A DNA stretch of 59,449 nt from a virus. Taxonomy: Duplodnaviria > Caudoviricetes. The notes under the pieces were generated by a model. The model was not told the DNA's origin. It ran no database searches and was given only the letters and a program-made list of their open reading frames with translations. The DNA lies in IMG/VR virus record IMGVR_UViG_3300016265_001128, positions 1 through 59,449 of that record. The stretch is one strand, 5' to 3'. Position numbers and translations under genes: made by a program. Below, in pieces: positions 8,222 through 17,092 of this stretch; the stretch's first letter is position 1, and every line of letters begins with the position of its first letter.

Positions 8222-9071
8222 AAAGGTGGACACAACCCATCTTTCTTGGGAACAGACGGCCGAACGGCTGATCTTCCACAGGGATACACAGGCTCACTTC
8301 ATGCGGTGGAGCCATGTGCTCAAGTACCTCCAAAACTCAAAACATCGGGGCGAAGCGCGGGTCCTTGAACTCGGCTGCGGCAAGGAGCTGCCGTTGCCCC
8401 GGCTGCTGTACAGCAACAAGTGCGTGCCGAAGGCCTACTGCGGCGTCGATTACCGCAAGAACCTTGACCGGCCTGAAATGTTGGCAAAGGTTATCGAGTC
8501 CGGCAAATTCAATTTCAAGCTTTTGCCCAGCCAAGATGCGGCGACCGTCTCTAAGGAGCAAATCGGCTTTACGCCAGACGTGATTGTCAGCTTCGAGTGC
8601 ATCGAGCACGTCGAGCCGCTTCACGCCAGGAACATTTTGCTCAACGCCCGCTACCTGCTGGCGACCGGCGGCGTGATGTTCTTGTCCACGCCCTGCTACG
8701 ACGCAAATGTCGGCGCGGCCGATAACCACGTCAGCGAAATCACCTACCAAGCGCTCGGCTCCCTGCTGGAAGATCTGGGCTTCACTATTGACGGGGTCTG
8801 GGGCACTTTTGCCTCTATCCGCGACTATGAAACTGCCCTTGCTAAGCAGTACGGGAAAGCCGGCACCGATATCTTCAATAAGCTCCGGGAATATTATGAC
8901 ACAAACATCCTCGCCAACGTCTTTGCCCCCCTCTTCCCCGAGCACAGCCGAAACGCCCTTTGGCAGCTCTCCTACGACCCACAAACCAGCCTCGATCGAC
9001 GGTACCCTCCCCTTGCCGACGTTAAAGGACCCTGGACAAGCAGCGCCGCCTGGGCAACTCTTGCCGGCTAA
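8202..9071 (+). CDS. Class I SAM-dependent methyltransferase (not a canonical DNA MTase)
   Basis: VLELGCG motif I, GVD motif II, SFECIEHV and LSTP; no PC or DPPY motif. Confidence 0.85.
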   Translation: MANASGRKVDTTHLSWEQTAERLIFHRDTQAHFMRWSHVLKYLQNSKHRGEARVLELGCGKELPLPRLLYSNKCVPKAYCGVDYRKNLDRPEMLAKVIESGKFNFKLLPSQDAATVSKEQIGFTPDVIVSFECIEHVEPLHARNILLNARYLLATGGVMFLSTPCYDANVGAADNHVSEITYQALGSLLEDLGFTIDGVWGTFASIRDYETALAKQYGKAGTDIFNKLREYYDTNILANVFAPLFPEHSRNALWQLSYDPQTSLDRRYPPLADVKGPWTSSAAWATLAG

Positions 9072-9474
9072 ACACGTCGGCTATTCGCCGTTCAGTTACT
9101 TCGAGGCTGTCGCGTCGTTCCACATCCGCTTTGGCCTAGAGTACAATGGCCCAGGGCGGTTCTTGTCTGACGAGTCCGAAGAGCTGGAAGCCTTTCGGGT
9201 CAAGTTCCTCTATGAGGAACTGGAAGAATACGTCGAAGCCCTAGCCATGGCAAATAAGGCTCAAGCCCTCGACGCGTTGATCGACTTGATCTACGTAGCC
9301 CTAGGCAACGCCTATCTCCACGGTTTCAAGTTCGACGAAGGCTTCTGGCGAGTGCACGAAGCCAACATGGCAAAGGTTCGCGCTGAACGGAAGGGCGACA
9401 GCAAGCGCGGTACCACGTATGATATCGTCAAGCCGGCAGGCTGGACGGCTCCAGACCTTGGAGATTTGGTATGA
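9061..9474 (+). CDS. MazG-like nucleoside triphosphate pyrophosphohydrolase
   Basis: EELEEY...DALIDLIYVALG...VHEANMAK..KPAGW; start taken as the in-frame TTG overlapping the MTase end (uncertain). Confidence 0.85.
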   Translation: MPAKHVGYSPFSYFEAVASFHIRFGLEYNGPGRFLSDESEELEAFRVKFLYEELEEYVEALAMANKAQALDALIDLIYVALGNAYLHGFKFDEGFWRVHEANMAKVRAERKGDSKRGTTYDIVKPAGWTAPDLGDLV

Positions 9475-10472
9475 CCATCAGAGGCATCATCGTTCTAGAT
9501 GGGCCTGACGCATCTGGCAAGTCAACGCTTGCCAAGACGATGCAGGAACTCTACGGCGCCAAGATACTTCATGCCACCTACCGCTTTAAAAACAACATGT
9601 TTGCCTACCACACGGCAATCTTGAAAAAGGCTATTGCGGAAAGCCAAAAAGGTTTGGTTGTCATTGACCGCCTGTGGCTCAGCGAACAGGTCTACGCCAA
9701 CGTTTTTCGCGGGGGTAGCAAGTGGCCGCTTGCCGGTCGCTTTATCGATCGAATGCTCCTCAGGTTTGGGGCGTTGAACGTCATCTGCCTGCCATCGGCG
9801 GTCACGGTTTCTGTAGAAAACCACCGCAAAAACCTCGATCCCAGCCACCCGTACGATGACGATAAAGTCCGTGAGCTTTACGCCGGTTATGACGCGGCTT
9901 GGGGACGCCTGAAGTATCGACACGACTATGCTCGCTATAGCTTTGACAAGGACGGACAAAACACTTACGATTACGCGGACTACTTGGTCGTTCGGCTGAT
10001 GCAAGTTCAAGCCCTGCAACCGAATGACCTAGACGCCAGGCAGTGGCCGGAATTTCGCAACTTTGGAGGTTCGGTCAAATTGTCAAAGACGCTGATCGTA
10101 GGCGAACGGTCCAACCCAAAGTGGAACAGCGTCAACTGGCCGTTCTACGAGCACGGGAACTCAAGCCTATTTCTAGCAAAGGCGCTAGAAACGATTGGCG
10201 CCGGCGAACCATCCCTATGCTTTATGAACGCTGTAGAAGGCGGCCGTTTCCAAAACACTACTGAACTTTGGATTAGTCGTCTCGCTGAAACCAAGCGGGT
10301 GGTCTGCCTCGGCAACGTGGCCTATCGTACTGTCCGTCGGCTTGTGCCTGGAACGAAGCGAGTCAGGTTAGTTCCGCATCCGGCGTACTACCAGCGGTTT
10401 AAGGCCGCCGACGCCGTATCCTACGAGCGACTTCTTTGGGAGGCTATCAGTGACATACCATACGGCGACTGA
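9471..10472 (+). CDS. dNMP-kinase domain fused to a uracil-DNA-glycosylase-like domain
   Basis: N-terminal LDGPDASGKST and IDRLWLSEQVY; C-terminal LIVGER..., FMNA, VVCLGNVA, PHP pattern of the UDG superfamily. Confidence 0.8.
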   Translation: MTIRGIIVLDGPDASGKSTLAKTMQELYGAKILHATYRFKNNMFAYHTAILKKAIAESQKGLVVIDRLWLSEQVYANVFRGGSKWPLAGRFIDRMLLRFGALNVICLPSAVTVSVENHRKNLDPSHPYDDDKVRELYAGYDAAWGRLKYRHDYARYSFDKDGQNTYDYADYLVVRLMQVQALQPNDLDARQWPEFRNFGGSVKLSKTLIVGERSNPKWNSVNWPFYEHGNSSLFLAKALETIGAGEPSLCFMNAVEGGRFQNTTELWISRLAETKRVVCLGNVAYRTVRRLVPGTKRVRLVPHPAYYQRFKAADAVSYERLLWEAISDIPYGD

Positions 10473-11289
10473 CGCTTGGGTATACCTTTTGACTAACGTC
10501 GCAATTCTTGGCGAACGGCAAAAGCCCAGGGGACTCGAGACTCGAGAATTGCTGGGATACCAATTCCGAGTAGATATGGAGTATCCAGTGGTCAACGTCA
10601 AGGCCCGTGAATTAGGCTTTCGCTTCCTTGCGGCAGAAGCCTTCTGGATCCTAAATGGCGACAACCGCGTCAGCACCATCTCACCGTTTTCCAAAGCCAT
10701 CGCCAATTTCAGTGACGATGGCGTTTATTTTGCCGGCGCCTATGGACCTCGCGTGGTTGATCAATTGAGTTATGTCGTCGATCAGCTCGTTGCTGACCCC
10801 TCGACGCGTCAAGCCGTCTTAACGATCTGGCGACCCAACCCCAGGCCTAGTAAAGACATCCCCTGCACGATTGCCTGCCAGTGGCTTATTAGACCACACT
10901 GGGAAACCAAGGAGCCGGCGCTGTACTGCATTGACACGATGCGCTCGTCCGACGCGTGGCTGGGGGTGCCGTACGACGTCTTTAATTTCAGCCAGCTAAG
11001 CTTGCGCATTGCTCTGCTGCTGCGCAACCGCGGACTCCTAGTACGGCTAGGTGGTTTGGTTTTGCAGGCCGGCTCTCAACACCTGTACGAAAAGGATTGG
11101 GAAGCAGCTAGGAAAATCATCACGGGTCCTGGCCTTGATCCTGAGCCAGACCTCAAAGTCAATCCGCATTTCAAAGTGTCGGAATTTGCCGACCCCGAAA
11201 CGCATCTTGACTTCCTCAGCCACGCTCTTAACGACGGCAGATCTTGGTTTGAAGCGGCGTGGCCTGCTGAAGAAGGTTCACAAAAATGA
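10450..11289 (+). CDS. Thymidylate-synthase-family enzyme, predicted dCMP methylase/hydroxymethylase
   Basis: PRG, AYGPR, TRQAV, DIPC (catalytic Cys), MRSSDAWLGVPYD and HLYE; Asp at the E. coli TS Asn177 position. Confidence 0.85.
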   Translation: MTYHTATDAWVYLLTNVAILGERQKPRGLETRELLGYQFRVDMEYPVVNVKARELGFRFLAAEAFWILNGDNRVSTISPFSKAIANFSDDGVYFAGAYGPRVVDQLSYVVDQLVADPSTRQAVLTIWRPNPRPSKDIPCTIACQWLIRPHWETKEPALYCIDTMRSSDAWLGVPYDVFNFSQLSLRIALLLRNRGLLVRLGGLVLQAGSQHLYEKDWEAARKIITGPGLDPEPDLKVNPHFKVSEFADPETHLDFLSHALNDGRSWFEAAWPAEEGSQK

Positions 11290-11771
11290 CAAGCCGTATT
11301 TCCTTTGACGAGTACGCCATGAACTTGGCGTTCGTCGCCTCGTGGCGTGGAACCTGCGCTCGCCGACAAGTTGGCGCTGTATTAGTCAATCGCCGAAACC
11401 ACATTTTGGCCATTGGCTACAATGGGGTGGCTTCGGGAGTTGAGCATTGTCGTGGCTCTAACCCGCTATGCCCCGGGGCTCAGCTACCGTCTGGTACCGG
11501 TCTAGATCTTTGCGGAGCCATCCACGCCGAACAGAATGCGCTGCTGCAGTGTCGTGACGTCTACGACATAAAAACGGTTTACTGTACACTCAGCCCATGC
11601 TTACATTGCGTCAAGCTTCTGATGAACACCGGAGCTGAGCGCATTGTATTTGCCACGCCCTACGCCCATATTGAAAGCGAAGGCTTGTGGGTGTCAAGTC
11701 GAGCCGGGAGGCAGTGGGATTACTTCGACGCCTTCCTGCCGCCCGTCATAGGAAGAGCCGAGCTTGTCTAA
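11286..11771 (+). CDS. dCMP deaminase family protein
   Basis: C.RRQVGAV, GYNG, HAEQNA and SPCLHC Zn motifs. Confidence 0.92.
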   Translation: MTSRISFDEYAMNLAFVASWRGTCARRQVGAVLVNRRNHILAIGYNGVASGVEHCRGSNPLCPGAQLPSGTGLDLCGAIHAEQNALLQCRDVYDIKTVYCTLSPCLHCVKLLMNTGAERIVFATPYAHIESEGLWVSSRAGRQWDYFDAFLPPVIGRAELV

Positions 11772-13671
11772 GCAAAAGTTTATACCTGGGCAATTGTCGC
11801 TCTTTAAGCCCCAAACGACGTGGACACCGCCGCAGCCGTCAGACTGGCCTGATTTCACCAAGGCCAGTCTGATTTCCATTGACACGGAAACAAAAGATCC
11901 AGAGCTTAAGACCAAGGGACCTGGGTTTGCCCGGGGGAAAGCTCATATTGTCGGCGTAAGCCTGGCAGCGGAAGGCCTAGGCTCGATCTACTTGCCCATC
12001 CGCCACGCCGGAGGCGGCAATGTTGACGAGCAACGGGCGCTTGAGTACTTACGACACACCCTCAAAACGCCTGTTCCTAAGGTGGGCGCAAATATCATAT
12101 ACGACCTTGAGGCCTTGCAGGCCGAAGGGGTCGAGGTAGGCGGTAGTGCCTACGACGTTCAGACAGCGGATTCACTGCTAGACGAGACTCAAAACTCTTA
12201 TTCTCTCGGGGCTATTGCTAAGCGTCGACTAGGCGAAAGTAAAGACGAGTCCATGCTTCAGGCTGGCGCTGAAGCATTTGGTGTCAACGCCAAAGACGGC
12301 ATGTGGCAACTGCCGTCTGGTTATGTTGGACAATACGCTGAGACGGACGCCTTTCTGCCGCTGGCCATTTTCAAGGTTCAGCAGCCGCTTCTTGAGGCTG
12401 AAGAAATGAGTCAAGTCTTTGATCTAGAGACAAGACTTATCCGAGCCGTACTGGCCATGCGGTTTAGGGGAGTCCGTGTCGATCTAGACCGAGCCGATCG
12501 TCTGCGCAAAAGGCTTCAGGCTGAAGAAGAAGCCCTGTTGACTGAGATGAAAAAGCAAGCAGGGATTCCGTTCGAGGTGACTCAGCCGCGTTCGATGGGG
12601 CGTGTGTACGATCAGCTTGGTATCCCGTATTTCCTCACGCCGAAGTCAGGAGAACCGTCGTTCACTGCTGAATACTTGAAGGCTCAGGTCGACCCATTTA
12701 GTGCGATGTTCCTCAAGGTCAAGCGTCTCCAAAAAGCTAGACGAGACTTCATTGACGGCTTGATCTTTAACTTTGTCACAGACAAGGGACGCATACACCC
12801 AACGTTCAGAGCTTCTAGAACGGAAGATGGCGGGGCTCGCTCTGGTCGATTTTCGGGCGAACTACCCAACCTTCAACAGGTACCAGCTAAAGACGACGCT
12901 TACGGCCCTGAGATAAGATCCTGCATTATCCCAGAAGACGGCTGTCAGTGGGGAGCCCTTGACTATAGCCAGCAAGAGCCTCGTGTCACAGTTCATTTGG
13001 CCTACAAGCTCAAACTGCGAGGTTCCGCCATTGCTCGGCAGCGTTACATCGACGACCCAAGCACTGACTACCACGCCATGGTCGCCTCGCTGGCCGGCAT
13101 TGAACGCAAGCCTGCGAAGACTTTGAACCTCGGGGCGGCTTACGGCATGGGCATTAGCAAAATGATGGTGCAACTTGGCATGGACCCTGAAAAAGCTAAG
13201 GCTACTTACGAGGCCTACCACCAAGCTATCCCGTACGTAAAGGAGGCCGGTCAAATCTGTTCTAATCTTGCGCAAGAACGAGGCTGGATAAAAACGTTGC
13301 TCGGTCGTCGTCGTCGGTTTAATTTGTGGGAACCGAGGGATCGTAACAAGGGCGAGGCAATTATTCCGACGACCTTAGAGCAGGCTAGGCTTCTTTGGCC
13401 TGATCGACCCATTAGGCGGGCGTTCACTCACAAGGCCTTGAATGCCGCCGTTCAGGGGGGTTCTGCAGACATGGTAAAGAAGGCTATGGTTGACATCCAC
13501 GAGGCTGGCCTTAATACAATGCACTTAACCATGCACGACGAACTTGGCGTTTCGCTAGAGTCTGATGCCGTAAAAGATAAAATCGTTCAGCTCATGCTTG
13601 ATTGTGTAAAGCTTGAGGTTCCACTACGCGTAGACGCCGAGGTTGGGCCTAGCTGGGGAGAAGCCAAGTGA
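11764..13671 (+). CDS. Family A DNA polymerase with 3'-5' exonuclease domain
   Basis: DTET exo I, YAETD exo III, SGRFS..PNLQQ, DYSQQEPR, K..NLG..YG, QG..AD and HDE. Confidence 0.95.
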   Translation: MSKQKFIPGQLSLFKPQTTWTPPQPSDWPDFTKASLISIDTETKDPELKTKGPGFARGKAHIVGVSLAAEGLGSIYLPIRHAGGGNVDEQRALEYLRHTLKTPVPKVGANIIYDLEALQAEGVEVGGSAYDVQTADSLLDETQNSYSLGAIAKRRLGESKDESMLQAGAEAFGVNAKDGMWQLPSGYVGQYAETDAFLPLAIFKVQQPLLEAEEMSQVFDLETRLIRAVLAMRFRGVRVDLDRADRLRKRLQAEEEALLTEMKKQAGIPFEVTQPRSMGRVYDQLGIPYFLTPKSGEPSFTAEYLKAQVDPFSAMFLKVKRLQKARRDFIDGLIFNFVTDKGRIHPTFRASRTEDGGARSGRFSGELPNLQQVPAKDDAYGPEIRSCIIPEDGCQWGALDYSQQEPRVTVHLAYKLKLRGSAIARQRYIDDPSTDYHAMVASLAGIERKPAKTLNLGAAYGMGISKMMVQLGMDPEKAKATYEAYHQAIPYVKEAGQICSNLAQERGWIKTLLGRRRRFNLWEPRDRNKGEAIIPTTLEQARLLWPDRPIRRAFTHKALNAAVQGGSADMVKKAMVDIHEAGLNTMHLTMHDELGVSLESDAVKDKIVQLMLDCVKLEVPLRVDAEVGPSWGEAK

Positions 13672-14024
13672 ACGAAGCCGACTTTTACCGTACTATTTCA
13701 AGGAACCTTAAGCCTCTTGGCTACCTGTTCCAGCGAATAGAGACGTCGACGCAATCAGGCGTATTTGATACGGTCGTCATGAAGAAGCCGTACACGGCTT
13801 GGGTAGAGTTTAAGATTGACAGAGGTCGAGCTGACCAACTGCTGAGACCGTCGCAGCGCGCGTGGGTCTTGCAGGTTAAGCCTTACTGCCAAGAGCTATA
13901 CGTTTTTCGGCTTGAGAAAGATAAGATTTCAGTGTACGGCGCCATTGAAGAAGCGCTACTATTCTCTCATGAGCTTGACGACTGGAAAGCCTTTGCTCAG
14001 AAGTGGCCTAGAGCTTTTCGATAG
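13668..14024 (+). CDS. PD-(D/E)xK nuclease (VRR-NUC / resolvase-like)
   Basis: E..F, RIET...GVFD, WVEFK and LRPSQRAW; typical partner of phage PolA. Confidence 0.8.
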   Translation: MNEADFYRTISRNLKPLGYLFQRIETSTQSGVFDTVVMKKPYTAWVEFKIDRGRADQLLRPSQRAWVLQVKPYCQELYVFRLEKDKISVYGAIEEALLFSHELDDWKAFAQKWPRAFR

Positions 14025-14092
14025 AGAGGAGTGATGACATGGGCGACGATACGGTGACGCCATGACCGCAGCCGTCAGAAAGGGAGAGTGAA

Positions 14093-14755
14093 ATGAAAAC
14101 AACACTAGCGGCAATACGCGCCGAATCGCCATGCACAGATGGCTGGAAAAAGTTGATAAACCATCTCGGCGGGGTCAATCTTTATGGGCTGACCACTCCG
14201 CTTGACGTTGCCACCATCCTCGAAAGCAACGGCTTTGATGACGCGCTATGGGTTCTCGATAAAGCCTGCGGACCCGATGGCACGCGCCTTTGTCACGTCT
14301 TCGCCTGCGACGTGGCGGAAAGAGTTTTGCCCATTTTCGAGCGGGCCAGCTCGAATGACACTCGGCCTCGTAAAGTTATAGAGATCAAACGGCTGTGGAT
14401 TGCCGGTGAAGCGACGGACGAAGAATTATTTGCTGCCTGGGAAGCTGCCTGGGAAGCCGCCAGGGCCCCTGCCAGGGCCGCCGCCAGGGCCGCCGCCAGG
14501 GCCGCTGGCTGGGCCGCTGGCTGGGAAGCTGCCTGGGACGCCTGGGAAGCCTGGGACGCTGCAAGTGCCGCCGCCTGGGACGCTGCCTGGGACGCTGCCA
14601 GGGACGCTGGCTGGGCCGCTGCAAGTGCCGCCGCCTGGGACGCTGCCTGGGACGCTGCCAGGGACGCTGACTGGGACGCTGACTGGGACGCTGCCTGGGC
14701 CGCTGAACGCAATTGGCAAATAGCGCACCTGCACGAGATGCTAAAGGGGGAGTGA
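14093..14755 (+). CDS. Phage protein with Ala/Trp-rich (AAWD) repeats
   Basis: PC.DGW.KL, ILESNG.DDALW, FACD.AE.VL, D.RPR, then a tandem repeat. Confidence 0.8.
   Translation: MKTTLAAIRAESPCTDGWKKLINHLGGVNLYGLTTPLDVATILESNGFDDALWVLDKACGPDGTRLCHVFACDVAERVLPIFERASSNDTRPRKVIEIKRLWIAGEATDEELFAAWEAAWEAARAPARAAARAAARAAGWAAGWEAAWDAWEAWDAASAAAWDAAWDAARDAGWAAASAAAWDAAWDAARDADWDADWDAAWAAERNWQIAHLHEMLKGE
14430..14705 (+). repeat. Coding tandem repeat, about 12-bp unit GCTGCCTGGGAC with a 60-bp higher-order duplication
   Basis: Directly visible; block gctgcaagtgccgccgcctgggacgctgcc at about 14558 and 14618. Confidence 0.9.
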
Positions 14756-14756
14756 A

Positions 14757-15104
14757 ATGTATAAAGTTGACATTACCAAAGAGCAGCTCGATAAATGGCT
14801 CGTTGCACTAAGAAGTGATGAATACAAACAAAGTCGTCATATGCTTCGCTCTACTGATGGCGGTTTCTGTTGTCTTGGACTGTTAGCATACGTTATAAAC
14901 CCAGAAAATTATGATGATACACCAAACGAATCTGGTGGATATATATATCATAGTTCTCAGCGGTCCTCTGCATATTCATTGGCATTTGATTGGCTTTCTA
15001 CAGGAATACAAGATAAGCTTACTGTAATGAATGATGAATCTAAGTTATCATTCAAAGAGATCGCTGATTGGATTGAAGCTAATCTAAAACCAACAGATGC
15101 GTGA
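14757..15104 (+). CDS. Hypothetical protein, AT-rich
   Basis: KWLVALRS.EY.Q...FCCLG...MND...SF.EIAD.IE phage family pattern; visibly lower GC. Confidence 0.75.
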   Translation: MYKVDITKEQLDKWLVALRSDEYKQSRHMLRSTDGGFCCLGLLAYVINPENYDDTPNESGGYIYHSSQRSSAYSLAFDWLSTGIQDKLTVMNDESKLSFKEIADWIEANLKPTDA

Positions 15105-15185
15105 AACAATGACCGATTACGACCAGATCGCTGCGGGCTTATGCGACACCCGCGCCCCGAAGTATCGAAAGAGGAGGCTGGAGCC

Positions 15186-16133
15186 TTGAGACCGTTGTGT
15201 ATCTATCACGGCAACTGCGCGGACGGCTTTGGTGCTGCTTGGGTTGTTCGAAAAGCCCTTGCTGGCAAAGTCGATTTTCATGCTGGCGTATACCAGAACC
15301 CGCCGCCGGACGTGTCCGGCCGTGACGTAATTTTGGTCGATTTCAGCTACAAGCGTCCGGTGCTGGTGAACATGCTGCGCTCTAGTGACATTCAGCAGGC
15401 GAACACGATCCTTATTCTGGATCATCACAAAACGGCGGCGACTGATCTGGCGGAGATTGAGCCTCCAGAGAAAGGTTTGGGCTATGACCCAGGCCGCTGG
15501 CGCCGCGAATGGGAAAGCTGGGCCGTCTGGCCGGTGCGCGCGGTGTTCGACATGGAACGATCCGGCGCAATGATATCGTGGGATTACTTCTTTCCCGGCC
15601 AGGAACCGCCAGCACTGCTGCGCCACATCCAGGACCGCGACCTATGGCTCTTCAAGCTGGACGGTACGCGAGAGATCCAGGCCAACCTATTCAGCTATCC
15701 CTATGACTTCGATGTCTGGGACAAGCTGATGGACATGGACGTGCAGACGCTGCGCATCGAGGGTGCCGCAATCGAGCGCAAGCACCACAAGGACATTGGC
15801 GAGCTAGTCGGTGTGACAAAGCGCCGCATGGTGCTCGGTGGTCATAACGTGCCCGTCGCCAATCTGCCCTACACCCTGACCAGTGACGCCGGCCACCTGA
15901 TGGCGGAGGGTGAGCCTTTTGCGGCCTGCTATTGGGACACGCCAGACGGGCGCGTCTTCTCCCTGCGATCCACGGATGAAGGGCTCGACGTGTCCGAGAT
16001 TGCCAAGAGCTACGGCGGCGGCGGGCATCGCAATGCTGCGGGCTTTCGCATGTCCATTGGCTGGGAAGGCGATGGGCGTCTATCAAGCTATGCGAACTGC
16101 TTGCAGCAGCCATCAGAAAGGGGGAGTGAATGA
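15186..16133 (+). CDS. DHH/DHHA1 family phosphoesterase
   Basis: YH.NCADG, VDFS, LDHHKT, D.DLW, SLRS and GGGGH.NAAGF; start may instead be 15141. Confidence 0.9.
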   Translation: MRPLCIYHGNCADGFGAAWVVRKALAGKVDFHAGVYQNPPPDVSGRDVILVDFSYKRPVLVNMLRSSDIQQANTILILDHHKTAATDLAEIEPPEKGLGYDPGRWRREWESWAVWPVRAVFDMERSGAMISWDYFFPGQEPPALLRHIQDRDLWLFKLDGTREIQANLFSYPYDFDVWDKLMDMDVQTLRIEGAAIERKHHKDIGELVGVTKRRMVLGGHNVPVANLPYTLTSDAGHLMAEGEPFAACYWDTPDGRVFSLRSTDEGLDVSEIAKSYGGGGHRNAAGFRMSIGWEGDGRLSSYANCLQQPSERGSE

Positions 16134-16666
16134 CCGATATCAAGGAACGGCTGCGGGCGGTTGCTGAAACTGTGCTTCAGCCAGGGTCAAAGATGCCTAG
16201 CTGGATGGCACATACGGCACAAGACGCCCACGCAGAGATCGAGCGCCTGGAGAGTGCCATCGTTATGCGGAAGGCTGCGTTTGAGGCAGTGAAAGACGAC
16301 AGCATAGCGTTTGCATCTGAGAACGTCAGTCTTCGCGCCGAACGTGACGCACTCCAGGCCAGCAACGAGCGGATGGAGGCGGCGCTTCGTCGGGCACGTG
16401 ATGACATGGAGGGCTGGGGGGCATACGCCGCTCCGAATTTCCGCGAGAAGTGGGATTTGGACGGAGACCTCGCAGCAATCGATGAGGCGCTGACCCTCTC
16501 CACCCAGCCCGTCGAGACAGACGAAGAACGGGATGAACGAAGGGCAGACGTGATTGACCCGGAGGCGGCTATACGGCGCACATTATTTGGCCAAGTTGAG
16601 CCGTGGGATATTGCACTCAGTAAAGCACGCGCCATCGCGGAGAGCGATAAAGCGAGGAAGTCATGA
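16130..16666 (+). CDS. Coiled-coil hypothetical protein
   Basis: GGGGAG RBS; C-terminus resembles that of 17085..17528. Confidence 0.65.
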   Translation: MTDIKERLRAVAETVLQPGSKMPSWMAHTAQDAHAEIERLESAIVMRKAAFEAVKDDSIAFASENVSLRAERDALQASNERMEAALRRARDDMEGWGAYAAPNFREKWDLDGDLAAIDEALTLSTQPVETDEERDERRADVIDPEAAIRRTLFGQVEPWDIALSKARAIAESDKARKS

Positions 16667-16738
16667 GTTTCCTCATCGGGATGGCTGTCAGCCTTTTCTT
16701 ACATCTACTGCTGGGTTGGCTTTTCGGGGAGCGAGACT

Positions 16739-17092
16739 ATGACTGACGACCTCATCGCCCGCCTGATCGTGGGTCCGGGAAGCCGGGAACTGGATGCGGA
16801 GATCGTAATGTTCTGCTACCCAGATATTGGAGCGCCAGCGCCGCATTGTGCCGGGGATGAACCCATCTTCTGGCACGAACCGTACCGCAAGAAGCCCGTC
16901 CCCAAACTCACCACCTCCCTCGACGCAGCCGTGGCTTTCGCGGTGGCCGTGCTGGGGGCTGAACGGGCGCGCTATCTGGTCAGCCGAACAGTCTACATAC
17001 AGTGGGACGAAGACGAAGACGGGCAGACCGCCCTCGACGCCCTCCCCCGTCACATCGTGGCGGAGATCCTGAAAGCGAGGGGCGATGACTGA
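16739..17092 (+). CDS. Hypothetical phage protein
   Basis: G.SRELDAEI...P..TTSLDAA pattern common in proteobacterial phage accessory genes. Confidence 0.65.
   Translation: MTDDLIARLIVGPGSRELDAEIVMFCYPDIGAPAPHCAGDEPIFWHEPYRKKPVPKLTTSLDAAVAFAVAVLGAERARYLVSRTVYIQWDEDEDGQTALDALPRHIVAEILKARGDD

Noticed and set aside
8707-9060. Long in-frame N-terminal extension of the MazG-like ORF, suggesting a frameshift fusion with the MTase
   Set aside because: Extension is Ser/Pro-rich off-frame sequence, no canonical slippery site was seen, and a coupled TTG at 9061 explains the gene
10450-11289. Ordinary thyA or an hmdU (thymidine hypermodification) pathway
   Set aside because: Asp rather than Asn at the specificity position, and no hmU-DNA kinase or amino-acid transferase genes were recognised
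14430-14705. Tandem repeats as a possible CRISPR array or DGR, and collagen-like alternative-frame ORFs
   Set aside because: No unique spacers, cas or reverse transcriptase genes; it is a coding AAWD repeat and the other frames are by-products
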